A stretch of DNA of 64,000 nt from Labilithrix sp. (GTDB lineage: Bacteria > Myxococcota_A > Polyangia > Polyangiales > Polyangiaceae). This document shows positions 1 to 9,505 of this stretch, piece after piece. Location: assembly GCA_028287065.1 (NCBI GenBank), contig JAQBQJ010000219.1, positions 14,293 through 78,292 on the forward strand, given 5' to 3'. Numbering within the stretch: the stretch's first letter is position 1; every line of letters starts with the position of its first letter. The notes under the pieces are model-generated. The model ran no database searches, had not been told where the DNA came from, and worked only from the letters and a program-made list of their open reading frames with translations. Position numbers and translations under genes: made by a program.

Positions 1-459
1 ACCCTTCTTCATCATCCGATAGGGCGCGCCGCCGACCGCATGGACGCTCACCAGCATGTCGTGCGGCCCGCCGCCGAGCCTCGTGACGGAGCTCGCGAAG
101 CTGGTGGACATCGTCTCGACGGAGCGCTCGACGAGCGGCACGAACGACGTGAGCCCCGTGCCGCCCGCGAGCACGCCCGTGGCGAACATGACGTGAGCAT
201 ACGGTTGCGACGTACTGAGAGGAGGGGCGCCGCCGACTCCGGACGCGAGGCTCTGTCCCGTGCCGAGGACGTGATGGAGCCGTGAGGTCGTGGGCGGCGG
301 CGCGCTTGGCGTGGATGCCGGAGCCGCTGCCGGTGAATCGTGCGGCGGAATGGCGGCGGCCAGCGTGGGAGCCGGCGTCGCGTCCGTGCCGCCGGATCGA
401 CCGCACGCGCCGCAAGCGAGCAGCAGTAGCAGGCAGCAGAGGATCCGGAGCGGGCGCAT
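1..459 (-). CDS. Lipoprotein with SGNH/CE6 (sialate O-acetylesterase-like) N-terminal motif; runs off window edge
   Basis: Hand-translated, absent from ORF track: MRPLRILCCLLLLLACG... Pro/Ala linker ...LHHVLGTGQSLASG...VHAVGGAPY; GQS motif; open to position 1. Confidence 0.6.
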   Translation of the reverse strand, partial: MRPLRILCCLLLLLACGACGRSGGTDATPAPTLAAAIPPHDSPAAAPASTPSAPPPTTSRLHHVLGTGQSLASGVGGAPPLSTSQPYAHVMFATGVLAGGTGLTSFVPLVERSVETMSTSFASSVTRLGGGPHDMLVSVHAVGGAPYRMMKKG

Positions 460-536
460 GACGAGGGGATACTAACCCTCCACTAGCGTCCATTCTCTCG
501 ACTGAATCGCCACACTGCCGGTCTCAGGCTGGAGGC

Positions 537-944
537 GTGCAGAATTCCGTTCGCCTCTCCCCCACGTTCACGGCCATCGACTTCGAAACGGCCACGCGCC
601 TCCCCGACAGCGCATGCGCCATCGGGATGGTGCGCGTGGAGAACGGCGTGATCGTGCGCCGCGAATCCAGGCTGATCCGACCTCCGCCACACGCGCGCGA
701 GTTCGAATTCACCTGGCTCCATGCGATCGCATGGGAGGACGTCGCGTCCGCGCCCTCGTTCGAAGAGGTCTGGCCACTGATCCGCGAGCTCTGCGCGGGG
801 GTCGACTACGTCGCCGCGCACAACGCTTCGTTCGACGACGGCGTCTTGCGTGCTTCGTGCGCCAGCGCGCGACTCCCTACCCCCCTGCCATGTGGCGTCG
901 GCTTCGAGTGCACGGTCGGCATGGCGCGACGCCTCGCGGCATGA
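537..944 (+). CDS. DEDDh 3'-5' exonuclease (DnaQ/epsilon-like), C-terminally truncated; possible pseudogene
   Basis: ExoI AIDFET and ExoII AHNASFD present; stops after CTVGMARRLAA with no ExoIII HxAxxD. Confidence 0.75.
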   Translation: MQNSVRLSPTFTAIDFETATRLPDSACAIGMVRVENGVIVRRESRLIRPPPHAREFEFTWLHAIAWEDVASAPSFEEVWPLIRELCAGVDYVAAHNASFDDGVLRASCASARLPTPLPCGVGFECTVGMARRLAA

Positions 945-954
945 GCGCGCGTTC

Positions 955-2190
955 TTACCGGCGGCGGCGACGTCCGGCCGCGACACCCAGAACGAGACCG
1001 AGGGCGAGCAACAGTCCGCCGTCGTTCGCGCGCGAATGGCTCCCGCCGGGGGCAGCGCTGCAGCCCTTGTTCGGCATCGGGTCGTCGAGGGTGCTGCGCG
1101 AGGAGCTGCTGGTCTTCGGCTTCGGCTTCGGGACGTCGGGGAGAGAGTCGGTCTCGCCCGGCTCGTCGCCTGCGCTCTCGAGGCCGTCCGAGGGATCGCC
1201 CGTGCCGGGCGCGTTTCCGGAGCCCGAGCCCGAGCCCGGCGCGGCGTCGGCGTCCGGCTCTTCGTGCTCGGTGTCGTCATCCGCCGGATCGATCGGAGCT
1301 GCGTCCTTCTTGTTCGCGCCCGCATCGGGCGTGCCGGTGGAGCTGTCACGCGTGCCTGCATCGGTCGAACCGGGCGAAGGCTCCGTGCCCGCATCCGTAT
1401 CGTCGTCGTTCGGGTCGCCGCTGTCCGCGTCGTCCTCCGCGCTGCCGCTGTCGGCCGACTCCGTCGAGCCGTCGGGCGCATCGTCGTCCATGTCCGAGAA
1501 CCAGGCGGTCTTCATCGCCGCCGCGTCGATCGAGAGCTCGACATGGATGTGATCGGCGTGCGGGTTCGGGCCACCGTACGCGCCGTCGTTCCGGCCGTTC
1601 GAGCGCCAGATCGTCTTGTCCCAGATCACGAGCTGCACGCCGATCTTCTGCGCGTGGAGCACGAGCCAGTTCGCGACCTTGTCGCCCTTGCTGTTGTCTG
1701 CGGCGCCGGCGGCCGTCGGGATGAACACGTCGAGCGCGCGACCCGTACCGTGCACGCTCATGCGCGACGAATCGGCGGTATTGCGACGGCACGCGTAGCC
1801 TCCCACCGACGTCACGGCGTCGAATTGATCGACGAGGTACTCACCGAGCTTGTGCCCACCGGGCAGCAGCTTGCCTCCGCACGCGGCGGCGTTGGTCCAC
1901 TTCGGCGCTTCGTCGTACGCGACGCGGACCTTGGCCCCGACGGTCGACACGCTGGCCGGGAGGGTCCAGCGACCCGGCTCGGCGAGGGCCGACTGGCTCG
2001 ATGCGGAGCCCTCGTCGGGCGACGAACAGGCCGCGGCGACCGCCAGGAACAGCGCGAGTGCGACGAGGCCGATCCAGCTTCGGGCTGTCCTTCGATCCAG
2101 ATCGGGGAGGGGGTAGGAGAAGGCACGCCGCAGAAATCCGCGAGGTTCCAAAGGTTTGGCCGAATCGGGGGTGGCGTGTCGCTGATCCAC
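955..2190 (-). CDS. Secreted/lipoprotein with peptidase M15-like Zn motif, acidic linker and MYXO-CTERM-like sorting signal
   Basis: C-terminal part of ORF 955..3477; hydrophobic signal ending AAAC; SVHGTGRALD and HADHIH motifs; C-terminus GCSAAPGG...LLLALGLVLGVAAGRRRRR. Start uncertain (GTG 2190 or CTG ~2100). Confidence 0.7.
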   Translation of the reverse strand: MDQRHATPDSAKPLEPRGFLRRAFSYPLPDLDRRTARSWIGLVALALFLAVAAACSSPDEGSASSQSALAEPGRWTLPASVSTVGAKVRVAYDEAPKWTNAAACGGKLLPGGHKLGEYLVDQFDAVTSVGGYACRRNTADSSRMSVHGTGRALDVFIPTAAGAADNSKGDKVANWLVLHAQKIGVQLVIWDKTIWRSNGRNDGAYGGPNPHADHIHVELSIDAAAMKTAWFSDMDDDAPDGSTESADSGSAEDDADSGDPNDDDTDAGTEPSPGSTDAGTRDSSTGTPDAGANKKDAAPIDPADDDTEHEEPDADAAPGSGSGSGNAPGTGDPSDGLESAGDEPGETDSLPDVPKPKPKTSSSSRSTLDDPMPNKGCSAAPGGSHSRANDGGLLLALGLVLGVAAGRRRRR

Positions 2191-2250
2191 GCACAATGTA
2201 GGAGCAGGGTTCGTGCCGCACCGGCCCGTGCTAGACACGTCCACCTCGCC

Positions 2251-3702
2251 ATGACGTCTGAAAAAGAAGATTCGTTCGCCGCGATGTTCGAGCAGCAGCC
2301 TGTCGCGCCCCGCAAGCGCCGGGCGATCCGCGTGGGCGATCGGCTCGATGCGATCGTCATCCAGGTCGGTCGCGATGCCGTGTTCGTCGAGCTCGATGGA
2401 AAGCAGCAGGCGTTCCTCGAGGCCGCGGAGCTCCGCGCCGACGACGGAACGATCTCGGTGAAGGTCGGCGACAAGCTGACCGCGCACGTCGTCGAGGTGA
2501 ACGACGAGCAAGGCGTCGTGCGCCTCGGTCGCTCGCTCGGCAAGCCGGGAAGCGTCGCAGCGCTCGAGCAAGCGAAGGCATCCGGGCTCGGCGTCGACGG
2601 CAAGGTGACCGCGGTGAACAAGGGCGGGCTCGAAGTCGAGCTCGGTGGCACGCGCGCGTTCTGTCCGATGTCGCAGGTCGATGCGCGTCGCATCGAAGAA
2701 GAAGACGCGAAGGCGCTCATCGGCCAGACGCTCAAGTTCATGGTCACGGACGTCCGCGAAGGCGGCAAGAGCGTCGTCCTCTCGCGACGCGCGCTCCTCG
2801 CTCGCGAGGCCACGGAGTCCGCGACGCGCGCGATGAGCGACATCATCCCGGGCGCCGTCCTCCGCGGTACCGTCACCGGCGTTCGCGACTTCGGCGCGTT
2901 CGTCGATCTCGGCGGCATCGAAGGGCTCATTCCGCGCTCCGAGGTCTCGCACGATCGCAGCGCGTCGATCGGAGACTCGCTCAAGCCCGGCGACGGCGTC
3001 GAGGTGCAGGTCCTCGAGGTGAAGGACGTCGAGTCGCCGCGCCCCAACCAGCCCGCGAAGAAGATCACGCTGTCCCTCAAGGCGCTCGCCGCCGATCCGT
3101 GGGCCGAGCTCGACATCGTCGAGGGCCGCGTGGTGAACGGCACGATCGTCCGCATCACGGAGTTCGGTCGCTTCATCCGCCTCGCGCCCGGCGTCGAGGG
3201 GCTGCTCCACATCTCCGAGCTCGGGAAGAATGCGAAAGGGGACGAGGGCGAAGAGCTCCTCGTCGTCGTGAAGAAGATCGACCGCAACGCGAAGAAGATC
3301 TCGCTCGTCCCCGCGCCCGAAGGCGCCGAAGCAGGAACGACCGTCTCCACCGGCGCCGGCGTGTCCGTGAAGGTCGGCGCCGTCGTCACGGGCGTCGTCG
3401 AGCGCATCGAGCAGTACGGGGTCTTCGTCCAGATCGACGGAACGAAGGGCCGGGCCGGTCGCGGCCTCGTCCCGCAAGCGGAGCTCGGCGTTCCGCGCGG
3501 CACCGATCTCCGGAAGTCGTTTCCCGAAGGAACGAAGGTCACGGCGAAGGTCCTCGAGACCGGCGACGGACGCCTTCGTCTCTCGATCAAGGGCGCGAAG
3601 GACGCAGAGGAGCGCGCCGACTACGAGGCCGCACGCGGCAAAGCGAACGTGCCGGCCTCGCTCGGCACCTTCGCGGATCTGCTGAAGGGGCGGAAGCTCT
3701 AG
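2251..3702 (+). CDS. 30S ribosomal protein S1-like multi-S1-domain protein
   Basis: ATG 2251 (MTSEKEDSFAAMF); about five S1 repeats (DFGAFVDLGGIEGLI, EFGRFIRLAPGVEGLLHISE); C-terminal SLGTFADLLK. Confidence 0.9.
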   Translation: MTSEKEDSFAAMFEQQPVAPRKRRAIRVGDRLDAIVIQVGRDAVFVELDGKQQAFLEAAELRADDGTISVKVGDKLTAHVVEVNDEQGVVRLGRSLGKPGSVAALEQAKASGLGVDGKVTAVNKGGLEVELGGTRAFCPMSQVDARRIEEEDAKALIGQTLKFMVTDVREGGKSVVLSRRALLAREATESATRAMSDIIPGAVLRGTVTGVRDFGAFVDLGGIEGLIPRSEVSHDRSASIGDSLKPGDGVEVQVLEVKDVESPRPNQPAKKITLSLKALAADPWAELDIVEGRVVNGTIVRITEFGRFIRLAPGVEGLLHISELGKNAKGDEGEELLVVVKKIDRNAKKISLVPAPEGAEAGTTVSTGAGVSVKVGAVVTGVVERIEQYGVFVQIDGTKGRAGRGLVPQAELGVPRGTDLRKSFPEGTKVTAKVLETGDGRLRLSIKGAKDAEERADYEAARGKANVPASLGTFADLLKGRKL

Positions 3703-3706
3703 TCAG

Positions 3707-3747
3707 CGCTCGTCCCGCCGCGCTCGTCCCGCCGCGCTCGTCCGCCC
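3707..3747. repeat. Short tandem repeat (14-bp unit cgctcgtcccgccg, two exact copies plus one degenerate) between convergent genes
   Basis: Read directly from sequence. Confidence 0.75.
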
Positions 3748-3762
3748 TGCTCCTCCGGTCCG

Positions 3763-5553
3763 TCACGTCTTCCCGGTGAGCGAAGGAAACATCTGCTCGA
3801 ACGCGCGACGCACGAAGCCTCCGCGTTCGGGGTCGTTCTTCACGCTCATCAGGAACGCCTTGCTCTGCTCGAGCGTGATGTGCGGCGGGAGCGGCGGGAC
3901 GTCCGGATCGACGAGCACGTCGAGGACGACGGGACGGTCCGCGGAGAGCGCCTCGTCCCACGCGCGGGCGATCGCGTCGGGCGTCTCGACGCGGATCCCG
4001 CGCAGGCCGATGAGCTCCGCGAACGCGGCGTAGTTCATCGACGGCAACTGCTGGGATGCCACGTACCGCGGATCTCCCTCCATCGCGCGCATCTCCCAGG
4101 TCACCATGTTCAGGTCCTCGTTCGTGAGCACCATCACGATGAGACGCGGATCGCTCCACTCGCGCCAGTAACGCTTCACCGTCAGCAGCTCCGCCATGCC
4201 GTTCATCTGCATCGCACCGTCACCGACGCATGCAATCGCGACACGGTCCGGATGCGCGAACTTCGCCGCGATCGCGTACGGCACGCCGCAGCCCATCGAC
4301 GCGAGCCCACCGGACACCGATGCGGTCATGCCCGGACTCATCTTGAGATCGCGCGCGTACCAGCTCGAGCTCGAGCCGGAGTCGGCGGTGACCATGCAGT
4401 CCGCCGGCAGCCGCGGTGACAGCTCCCAGAACACGCGCTGCGGATTGATCGGATTCGCCGGGATGTTCGCGCGCTCCTCGGCGAGCTTCCACCAGTCGCG
4501 CACGCCCTGCTCGATGCGTGCACGCCACGCCCCGTGCTTCTTCTGCGCGAGATACGGGAACATCGCCGCGAGCGTCGCCTTCGCGTCGCCGACGAGATTG
4601 ACCTCCATCGGGTAACGCATCCCGATCAGCCGAGGATCGATGTCGATCTGCACGCCGCGCGCACGGCCCTCCTTGGGAAGGAACTCGGCGTAAGGGAAGC
4701 TCGACCCGACGACGAGCAGCGTGTCGCACTCGTTCATCATGTCGTAGCTCGGCTTCGTCCCGAGCAGACCGATCGCGCCCGTGACGAACGGAAGATCGTC
4801 GGCGATCACCGTTCGCCCGAGCAGCGCCTTCGCGACGCCCGCGCCGAGCGTGTTCGCGATGATCTCGATCTCGCGCGTCGCGTTCGCCGCGCCCGCGCCG
4901 ACGAGGATCGCCACGCGCTCGCCGGCATCGAGGATCTCTGCTGCGCGTCGCACCTCGCTGTCCGGCGGGACGACGCGCGGCGGGACGTAGCCGACGCTCG
5001 TGTGGATCGTGTCGTGCGCGTGCTCGGGCTGCTCGTAGGGCTCCTCTTGCACGTCCTTCGGGACGATCAGGCACGTGACCGTCCGCTCCGAGATCGCGAT
5101 CCGCACCGCGCGATCGACCAGATGACGCACCTGCGACGCCGTCATCGCGGTGTGGACGTATTCGTGCGCGACGTCCTTGAAGAGCGTCGGCAGATCGACC
5201 TCCTGCTGGTAGTCGCCGCCGATCGCGGTGCGCGCGGTCTGTCCGACGATCGCGAGCACCGGCTGATGATCCATCTTCGCGTCGTAGAGACCGTTGAGGA
5301 GATGGATCGCGCCGGGACCGCTCGTCGCAGCGCAGACGCCGAGCTTGCCCGTGAACTTCGCGTGGCCGCACGCCATGAACGCCGCCATCTCCTCGTGGCG
5401 CGCCTGGATGAAGCGCATGAAGTGGCCGTCGTTCTCGATCCGGTTCAGCGCCCCGAGCAGGCCATTGATGCCGTCGCCGGGATACCCGTAGATACGATCG
5501 ACGCCCCACTCTGCGAGACGCCTCCAGATGAAATCGCTGACCGTGGTGCTCAT
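3763..5553 (-). CDS. Thiamine-pyrophosphate-requiring enzyme (pyruvate oxidase/PoxB-like)
   Basis: [37 protein letters not shown] motif GDGAMQM; GGAGG RBS upstream of ATG 5553. Confidence 0.92.
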   Translation of the reverse strand: MSTTVSDFIWRRLAEWGVDRIYGYPGDGINGLLGALNRIENDGHFMRFIQARHEEMAAFMACGHAKFTGKLGVCAATSGPGAIHLLNGLYDAKMDHQPVLAIVGQTARTAIGGDYQQEVDLPTLFKDVAHEYVHTAMTASQVRHLVDRAVRIAISERTVTCLIVPKDVQEEPYEQPEHAHDTIHTSVGYVPPRVVPPDSEVRRAAEILDAGERVAILVGAGAANATREIEIIANTLGAGVAKALLGRTVIADDLPFVTGAIGLLGTKPSYDMMNECDTLLVVGSSFPYAEFLPKEGRARGVQIDIDPRLIGMRYPMEVNLVGDAKATLAAMFPYLAQKKHGAWRARIEQGVRDWWKLAEERANIPANPINPQRVFWELSPRLPADCMVTADSGSSSSWYARDLKMSPGMTASVSGGLASMGCGVPYAIAAKFAHPDRVAIACVGDGAMQMNGMAELLTVKRYWREWSDPRLIVMVLTNEDLNMVTWEMRAMEGDPRYVASQQLPSMNYAAFAELIGLRGIRVETPDAIARAWDEALSADRPVVLDVLVDPDVPPLPPHITLEQSKAFLMSVKNDPERGGFVRRAFEQMFPSLTGKT

Positions 5554-5635
5554 GGTGCCTCCGAGAGGAGCCACCACAGTTGGGACGCACGAGTCGATGT
5601 GCAACCGTCCGTCCGGGCGTAGCATCGAGAAGATC

Positions 5636-6628
5636 ATGACGACGGTGCCCACGCGCAAGCTCGGATCCCTCACGGTCTCCGCCCTCGGTCTCGGCTGTAT
5701 GGGGATGAGCGAGTTCTACGGGCCGCGCGACGAGGACGAGTCGATTGCGACGATCCACCGCGCGATCGAGCTCGGCATCACGCTCCTCGATACCGCGGAC
5801 GTGTACGGGCCGCACACGAACGAAGAGCTCGTCGGGCGCGCGATCCGCGGCAAGCGCGACCGCGTCGTCGTCGCGACGAAGTGCGGCATCATCCGCGATC
5901 CGAACGACCCGACCCGGCGAGGCTTCGACGGCTCGCCCGCGTACATCACCAAGTCGTGCGACGGCAGCCTGAAGCGCCTCGGCATCGACGTGATCGATCT
6001 GTATCAACTCCATCGCGTCGACCCGAGCACACCGATCGAGGAGTCGGTCGGCGCGCTTGCGGACCTCGTGAAGGCAGGCAAGGTGCGCGCGATCGGGCTC
6101 TCGGAGGCGAGCGCCGCGACGCTCCGCCGCGCACAGGCCGTTCATCCACTCGCTTCGGTCCAGAGCGAGTACTCGCTCTGGACGCGGGACCCCGACGACG
6201 ACGTGCTCGGTGCGTGCACGGAGCTCGGCATCGGCTTCCTCGCGTACAGCCCGCTCGGTCGCGGCTTCCTGTCCGGCCAGATCAAGCGGTACGAAGACCT
6301 GGCGCCCGACGACTTCCGCCGCACGAACCCGCGCTTCCAGGGCGAGGCGTTCGACCGGAACCTCGCGCTCGTCGCCGAGGTCGAGCGCATCGCTCAGCAG
6401 AAGGGGTGCACGGCCTCGCAGCTCGCGCTCGCGTGGGTGCTCGCGCGCGAGCCGTTCATCGTGCCAATCCCGGGCACGAAGCGCCGCAAGTACCTCGAGG
6501 AGAACGTGCGCGCGCTCGACGTCGTGCTCACCGCGGACGACCTCGCGAAGATCGAAGCGGTCTTCCCCAAGGGCGCTGCGGCGGGCAGCCGTTACGCGGA
6601 GCCGATGATGAAGTTCGTCAACGCGTAG
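5636..6628 (+). CDS. Aldo/keto reductase
   Basis: [45 protein letters not shown]. Confidence 0.95.
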   Translation: MTTVPTRKLGSLTVSALGLGCMGMSEFYGPRDEDESIATIHRAIELGITLLDTADVYGPHTNEELVGRAIRGKRDRVVVATKCGIIRDPNDPTRRGFDGSPAYITKSCDGSLKRLGIDVIDLYQLHRVDPSTPIEESVGALADLVKAGKVRAIGLSEASAATLRRAQAVHPLASVQSEYSLWTRDPDDDVLGACTELGIGFLAYSPLGRGFLSGQIKRYEDLAPDDFRRTNPRFQGEAFDRNLALVAEVERIAQQKGCTASQLALAWVLAREPFIVPIPGTKRRKYLEENVRALDVVLTADDLAKIEAVFPKGAAAGSRYAEPMMKFVNA

Positions 6629-6734
6629 CGCAGGTTCAGCCGTCGTCCTCGCGGCGCGTCGCGATCGACGAGGGGCTGCTTCCCTGTCTCGGTCGACGTC
6701 CTATCGTGCTGGATCGGGCGTTCGGTAGCTCATC

Positions 6735-7247
6735 TCACTGGTTCCGTTTGATCACGTGGAAGCCGAACGCGGTCTCGACGGGGTCGCTCGTCTGATCCAC
6801 GCCGAGCGCGAATGCAGCGTCGCTGAAGGGCTTCGCCATCTTGTCGCGCGTGAACTTCCCGACGCTGCCGCGCCGCTCCTTCGCCGCGGGATCGTCGGAG
6901 TACTCGGCCACGAGCTCGCTGAAGTCGGTGCCCGATTTCGCCTTCGCCGCGACCTCCTCGGCGCGCCTCTTCGCCTCGGCCTTGGTCCGCGTCACGGTCT
7001 TCGGCGCCTTTTCGGCACCCTTCCACGCGACGAGGACGTGCTGGGCGCTGATCGCGTCGGGTACGGCGGCCGACGCGCTCGCGCTCGCGGTCGCGACCGC
7101 GGACGTCGCACCGGCAGCCGAGGGCGTGACGCTCGGCGCCGCGGATGCGTTCCCCTTCGCGGTCTTGTCATCGCACCCAGCGTCGAGCACGCCCGAGAGC
7201 GCGACGAGGACGACGACGAAGGCGGAGCTCGAGCCCATTTTCAGCAT
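6735..7247 (-). CDS. Parvulin-type peptidyl-prolyl isomerase lipoprotein
   Basis: Lipobox-like DAGC; AQHVLV, FSELVAEYSDD, ETAFGFHVIKR. Confidence 0.9.
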   Translation of the reverse strand: MLKMGSSSAFVVVLVALSGVLDAGCDDKTAKGNASAAPSVTPSAAGATSAVATASASASAAVPDAISAQHVLVAWKGAEKAPKTVTRTKAEAKRRAEEVAAKAKSGTDFSELVAEYSDDPAAKERRGSVGKFTRDKMAKPFSDAAFALGVDQTSDPVETAFGFHVIKRNQ

Positions 7248-7324
7248 CGCTCCTGCTTACTACAGCTCGCCTGATGTCGGCATCCGGACACTGCAACGGT
7301 GTGACCAGCGCACGTGACCGAAGG

Positions 7325-8857
7325 ATGACGGCCGGCGCCGCGCGATCCGTCCACGATCCACATGTCGTGTCAGCTTTGTCACCCTCAGAGAGCCTGCTCG
7401 TCTTCTCGGACGTCCACCTCGGCAGTGACATCCAGGATTTGCCGGCAGGCGTCACCAACAAGGCCCGGCGGTCACGATCGGTCGATCGTGACCTCGTACG
7501 GCTGCTCGCGCACTATCGCGCGCAGAAACCGCCCGCGGATCGGTGGCGGATCGTCATCGCGGGCGACTTCATCGACTTCATCGGCATGACCATCGCGCCG
7601 GACGCGCCCGTGCAGCTCGAGACCGCGCTCACCGACGAGGAGCGCGACCACGGCGTCGGCAATGCGGTCGATCACGCGCGCTTGAAGCTCGCACGCGTCG
7701 CCGCGCGCCACGCGGACGTCTTCGAAGCGCTCGCCTCGTTCGTCGCCGATGGGCACGCGCTCTCGATCATCCACGGCAACCACGACATCGAGTTCTACTG
7801 GGACGCCGTGAAAGCGGACTTCCGCGCGGCGCTCCTCGCTCATGCCACGCGCACGCACGGCGACGTAGCCGGCGCTTGCTTCGACGGCGACGCGTTCGCC
7901 GCGCGTATCGAGTTCAATCCGTGGTTCTTCTACCGCGACGGCGTCGCGTACATCGAGCACGGTCACCAGTACGACGCGTTCTGCGCCACCGAGCACATCA
8001 TGGCGCCGCTCTCGCCTCTGGATCCGAGGCGCGTCGCGCGCGGGTTCTGCGACGTGCTCATCCGTTTCGTCGTCCGCCCCACGCGAGGCATGAAGGAGCA
8101 CGGCCACGAGAACGTCGGCCTCGGGCACTATCTCGCGTTCGGCGCGCAGCTCGGTGTCTCGGGCATGGTGAAGCTGGGTATCGCCTTCGCCAAGGCCGTC
8201 GCCGAGATGTTCCGGCTCCGCCGCGCGCATCTCTCCGATGCCGCGAAGGCGCTACGTGCCGAGCACGAGGAGCGCGTCGCCCGGCTCGCCGCAGCGACGC
8301 GCCTCGGTCTCGGGCGCCTCCGTTCGCTGCTCTCCCTGCAGACGCCGCCGATCACGTCGACCGTCGCCGGCATCATGCGCGGCGTCCTCCTCGATCGCCT
8401 CGTGGTCGCGCTCGTCGCGCTGGCGGCGCTGGTCACGCTCGCGGCCCTGTCGATCTTCGGGCAATTCCACGCTGCCGCCGCGTCGGGCGCAGGCGGCGTC
8501 GTCCTCGCGTGGACGCTTCTCCACGTCTACTTCTCGAAGCAGCGCAGGATCGACCCGGCCGAGCACATGATCGATCGCGCCGCGCACCTCGCGAAGCTGT
8601 TCCCCGCCGCGTTCGTCGTCATGGGTCACACGCACGTGCCCGCGGCCGTGCCGGCGGGCGCCGCGACGTACATCAACGTCGGGTCGTGGGCCGAGGAGGT
8701 GGACGAAGACGACGCCGAGCAGCCGGCCGCAGCGGTGCATCGCGCGGCGCGGACGCATCTCGTCATCCACGTGCGCAACGAGCGGCCCGAAGCCGAGTTC
8801 TGCACGTGGGAGGACACCGGCCCGCAGCGCCGCGTCCTGCCCGAAACGAGCACGTGA
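7325..8857 (+). CDS. Calcineurin-like metallophosphoesterase (LpxH-like) with internal transmembrane insertion
   Basis: SDVHLG, AGDFID, GNHD, EHGH, late GHTH; two hydrophobic helices before GHTH. Start approximate. Confidence 0.8.
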   Translation: MTAGAARSVHDPHVVSALSPSESLLVFSDVHLGSDIQDLPAGVTNKARRSRSVDRDLVRLLAHYRAQKPPADRWRIVIAGDFIDFIGMTIAPDAPVQLETALTDEERDHGVGNAVDHARLKLARVAARHADVFEALASFVADGHALSIIHGNHDIEFYWDAVKADFRAALLAHATRTHGDVAGACFDGDAFAARIEFNPWFFYRDGVAYIEHGHQYDAFCATEHIMAPLSPLDPRRVARGFCDVLIRFVVRPTRGMKEHGHENVGLGHYLAFGAQLGVSGMVKLGIAFAKAVAEMFRLRRAHLSDAAKALRAEHEERVARLAAATRLGLGRLRSLLSLQTPPITSTVAGIMRGVLLDRLVVALVALAALVTLAALSIFGQFHAAAASGAGGVVLAWTLLHVYFSKQRRIDPAEHMIDRAAHLAKLFPAAFVVMGHTHVPAAVPAGAATYINVGSWAEEVDEDDAEQPAAAVHRAARTHLVIHVRNERPEAEFCTWEDTGPQRRVLPETST

Positions 8858-8866
8858 CCGTCGCGC

Positions 8867-9289
8867 TCAGGACGCCATGCGCGCCGGCACGACCGGCTGG
8901 ATGATCGTCGTCGGCTCGCGACGGAGCAGGAGCGGCCCCTCCTCGATCACGCAGCATCGCGGGTCGAGCAGATAGCCGGCTTCGCTTCGCACGAGCACGT
9001 CGCCGAGCCCGAGCCGGCGGAGCTTCGAGATCGCGGAGTACACGCGGCCGGCCAGCGCGTCGGGCGCGGCTCGCTCGCCGAACCAGCCGGCATCGAACAC
9101 GGCGCTCACGCTCAGACCTCGGCGCGGACACTCGCGATGCGCCGTGACGATGGCGCGGAAGATACGGCGGAGCGGCCCCTTCGTGCTGAGGTCGATGCGT
9201 TCGGCGCCCGACAGCGAGAAGTACTGGCCGTCGCGGGCGACGAAGAGGGTGCGGGTCGGGATCTGGCTGGCGGAGGGAAGGAGCTTCAT
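8867..9289 (-). CDS. Stand-alone winged-helix-like DNA-binding protein
   Basis: LSVSAVFDAGWFGE...RVYSAISKLRRLGLGDVLVRSEAGYLL resembles an OmpR/SARP-type wHTH. Confidence 0.6.
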   Translation of the reverse strand: MKLLPSASQIPTRTLFVARDGQYFSLSGAERIDLSTKGPLRRIFRAIVTAHRECPRRGLSVSAVFDAGWFGERAAPDALAGRVYSAISKLRRLGLGDVLVRSEAGYLLDPRCCVIEEGPLLLRREPTTIIQPVVPARMAS

Positions 9290-9505
9290 GGCGCTGAGCA
9301 GCCGAGCTGCAGCCGGCGTGCCGCTTCGGTGTTGCCTACATTATCGCCGGATATTCGCGGCAGATCGTGGTCGCTTCTCGCGGGTGGGATCCAGGTCGTC
9401 GCCGCGTGGAGACACCAGACGAACGAATCGATCATGGGGCAGCCCGGCCGTTTCGATTCCAGCGTCTTGCGGGTGACCGACGCCGATGCCACGCTCCGCT
9501 TCGCG

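Noticed and set aside
190-240. Suspected frameshift in the edge CDS
   Set aside because: Codon-by-codon re-reading shows a continuous frame.
850-3477. Apparent 950-aa and 840-aa overlapping opposite-strand ORFs
   Set aside because: Each is one real gene (S1-like; MYXO-CTERM peptidase) extended by the shadow of the other; real starts are 2251 and about 2100-2190.
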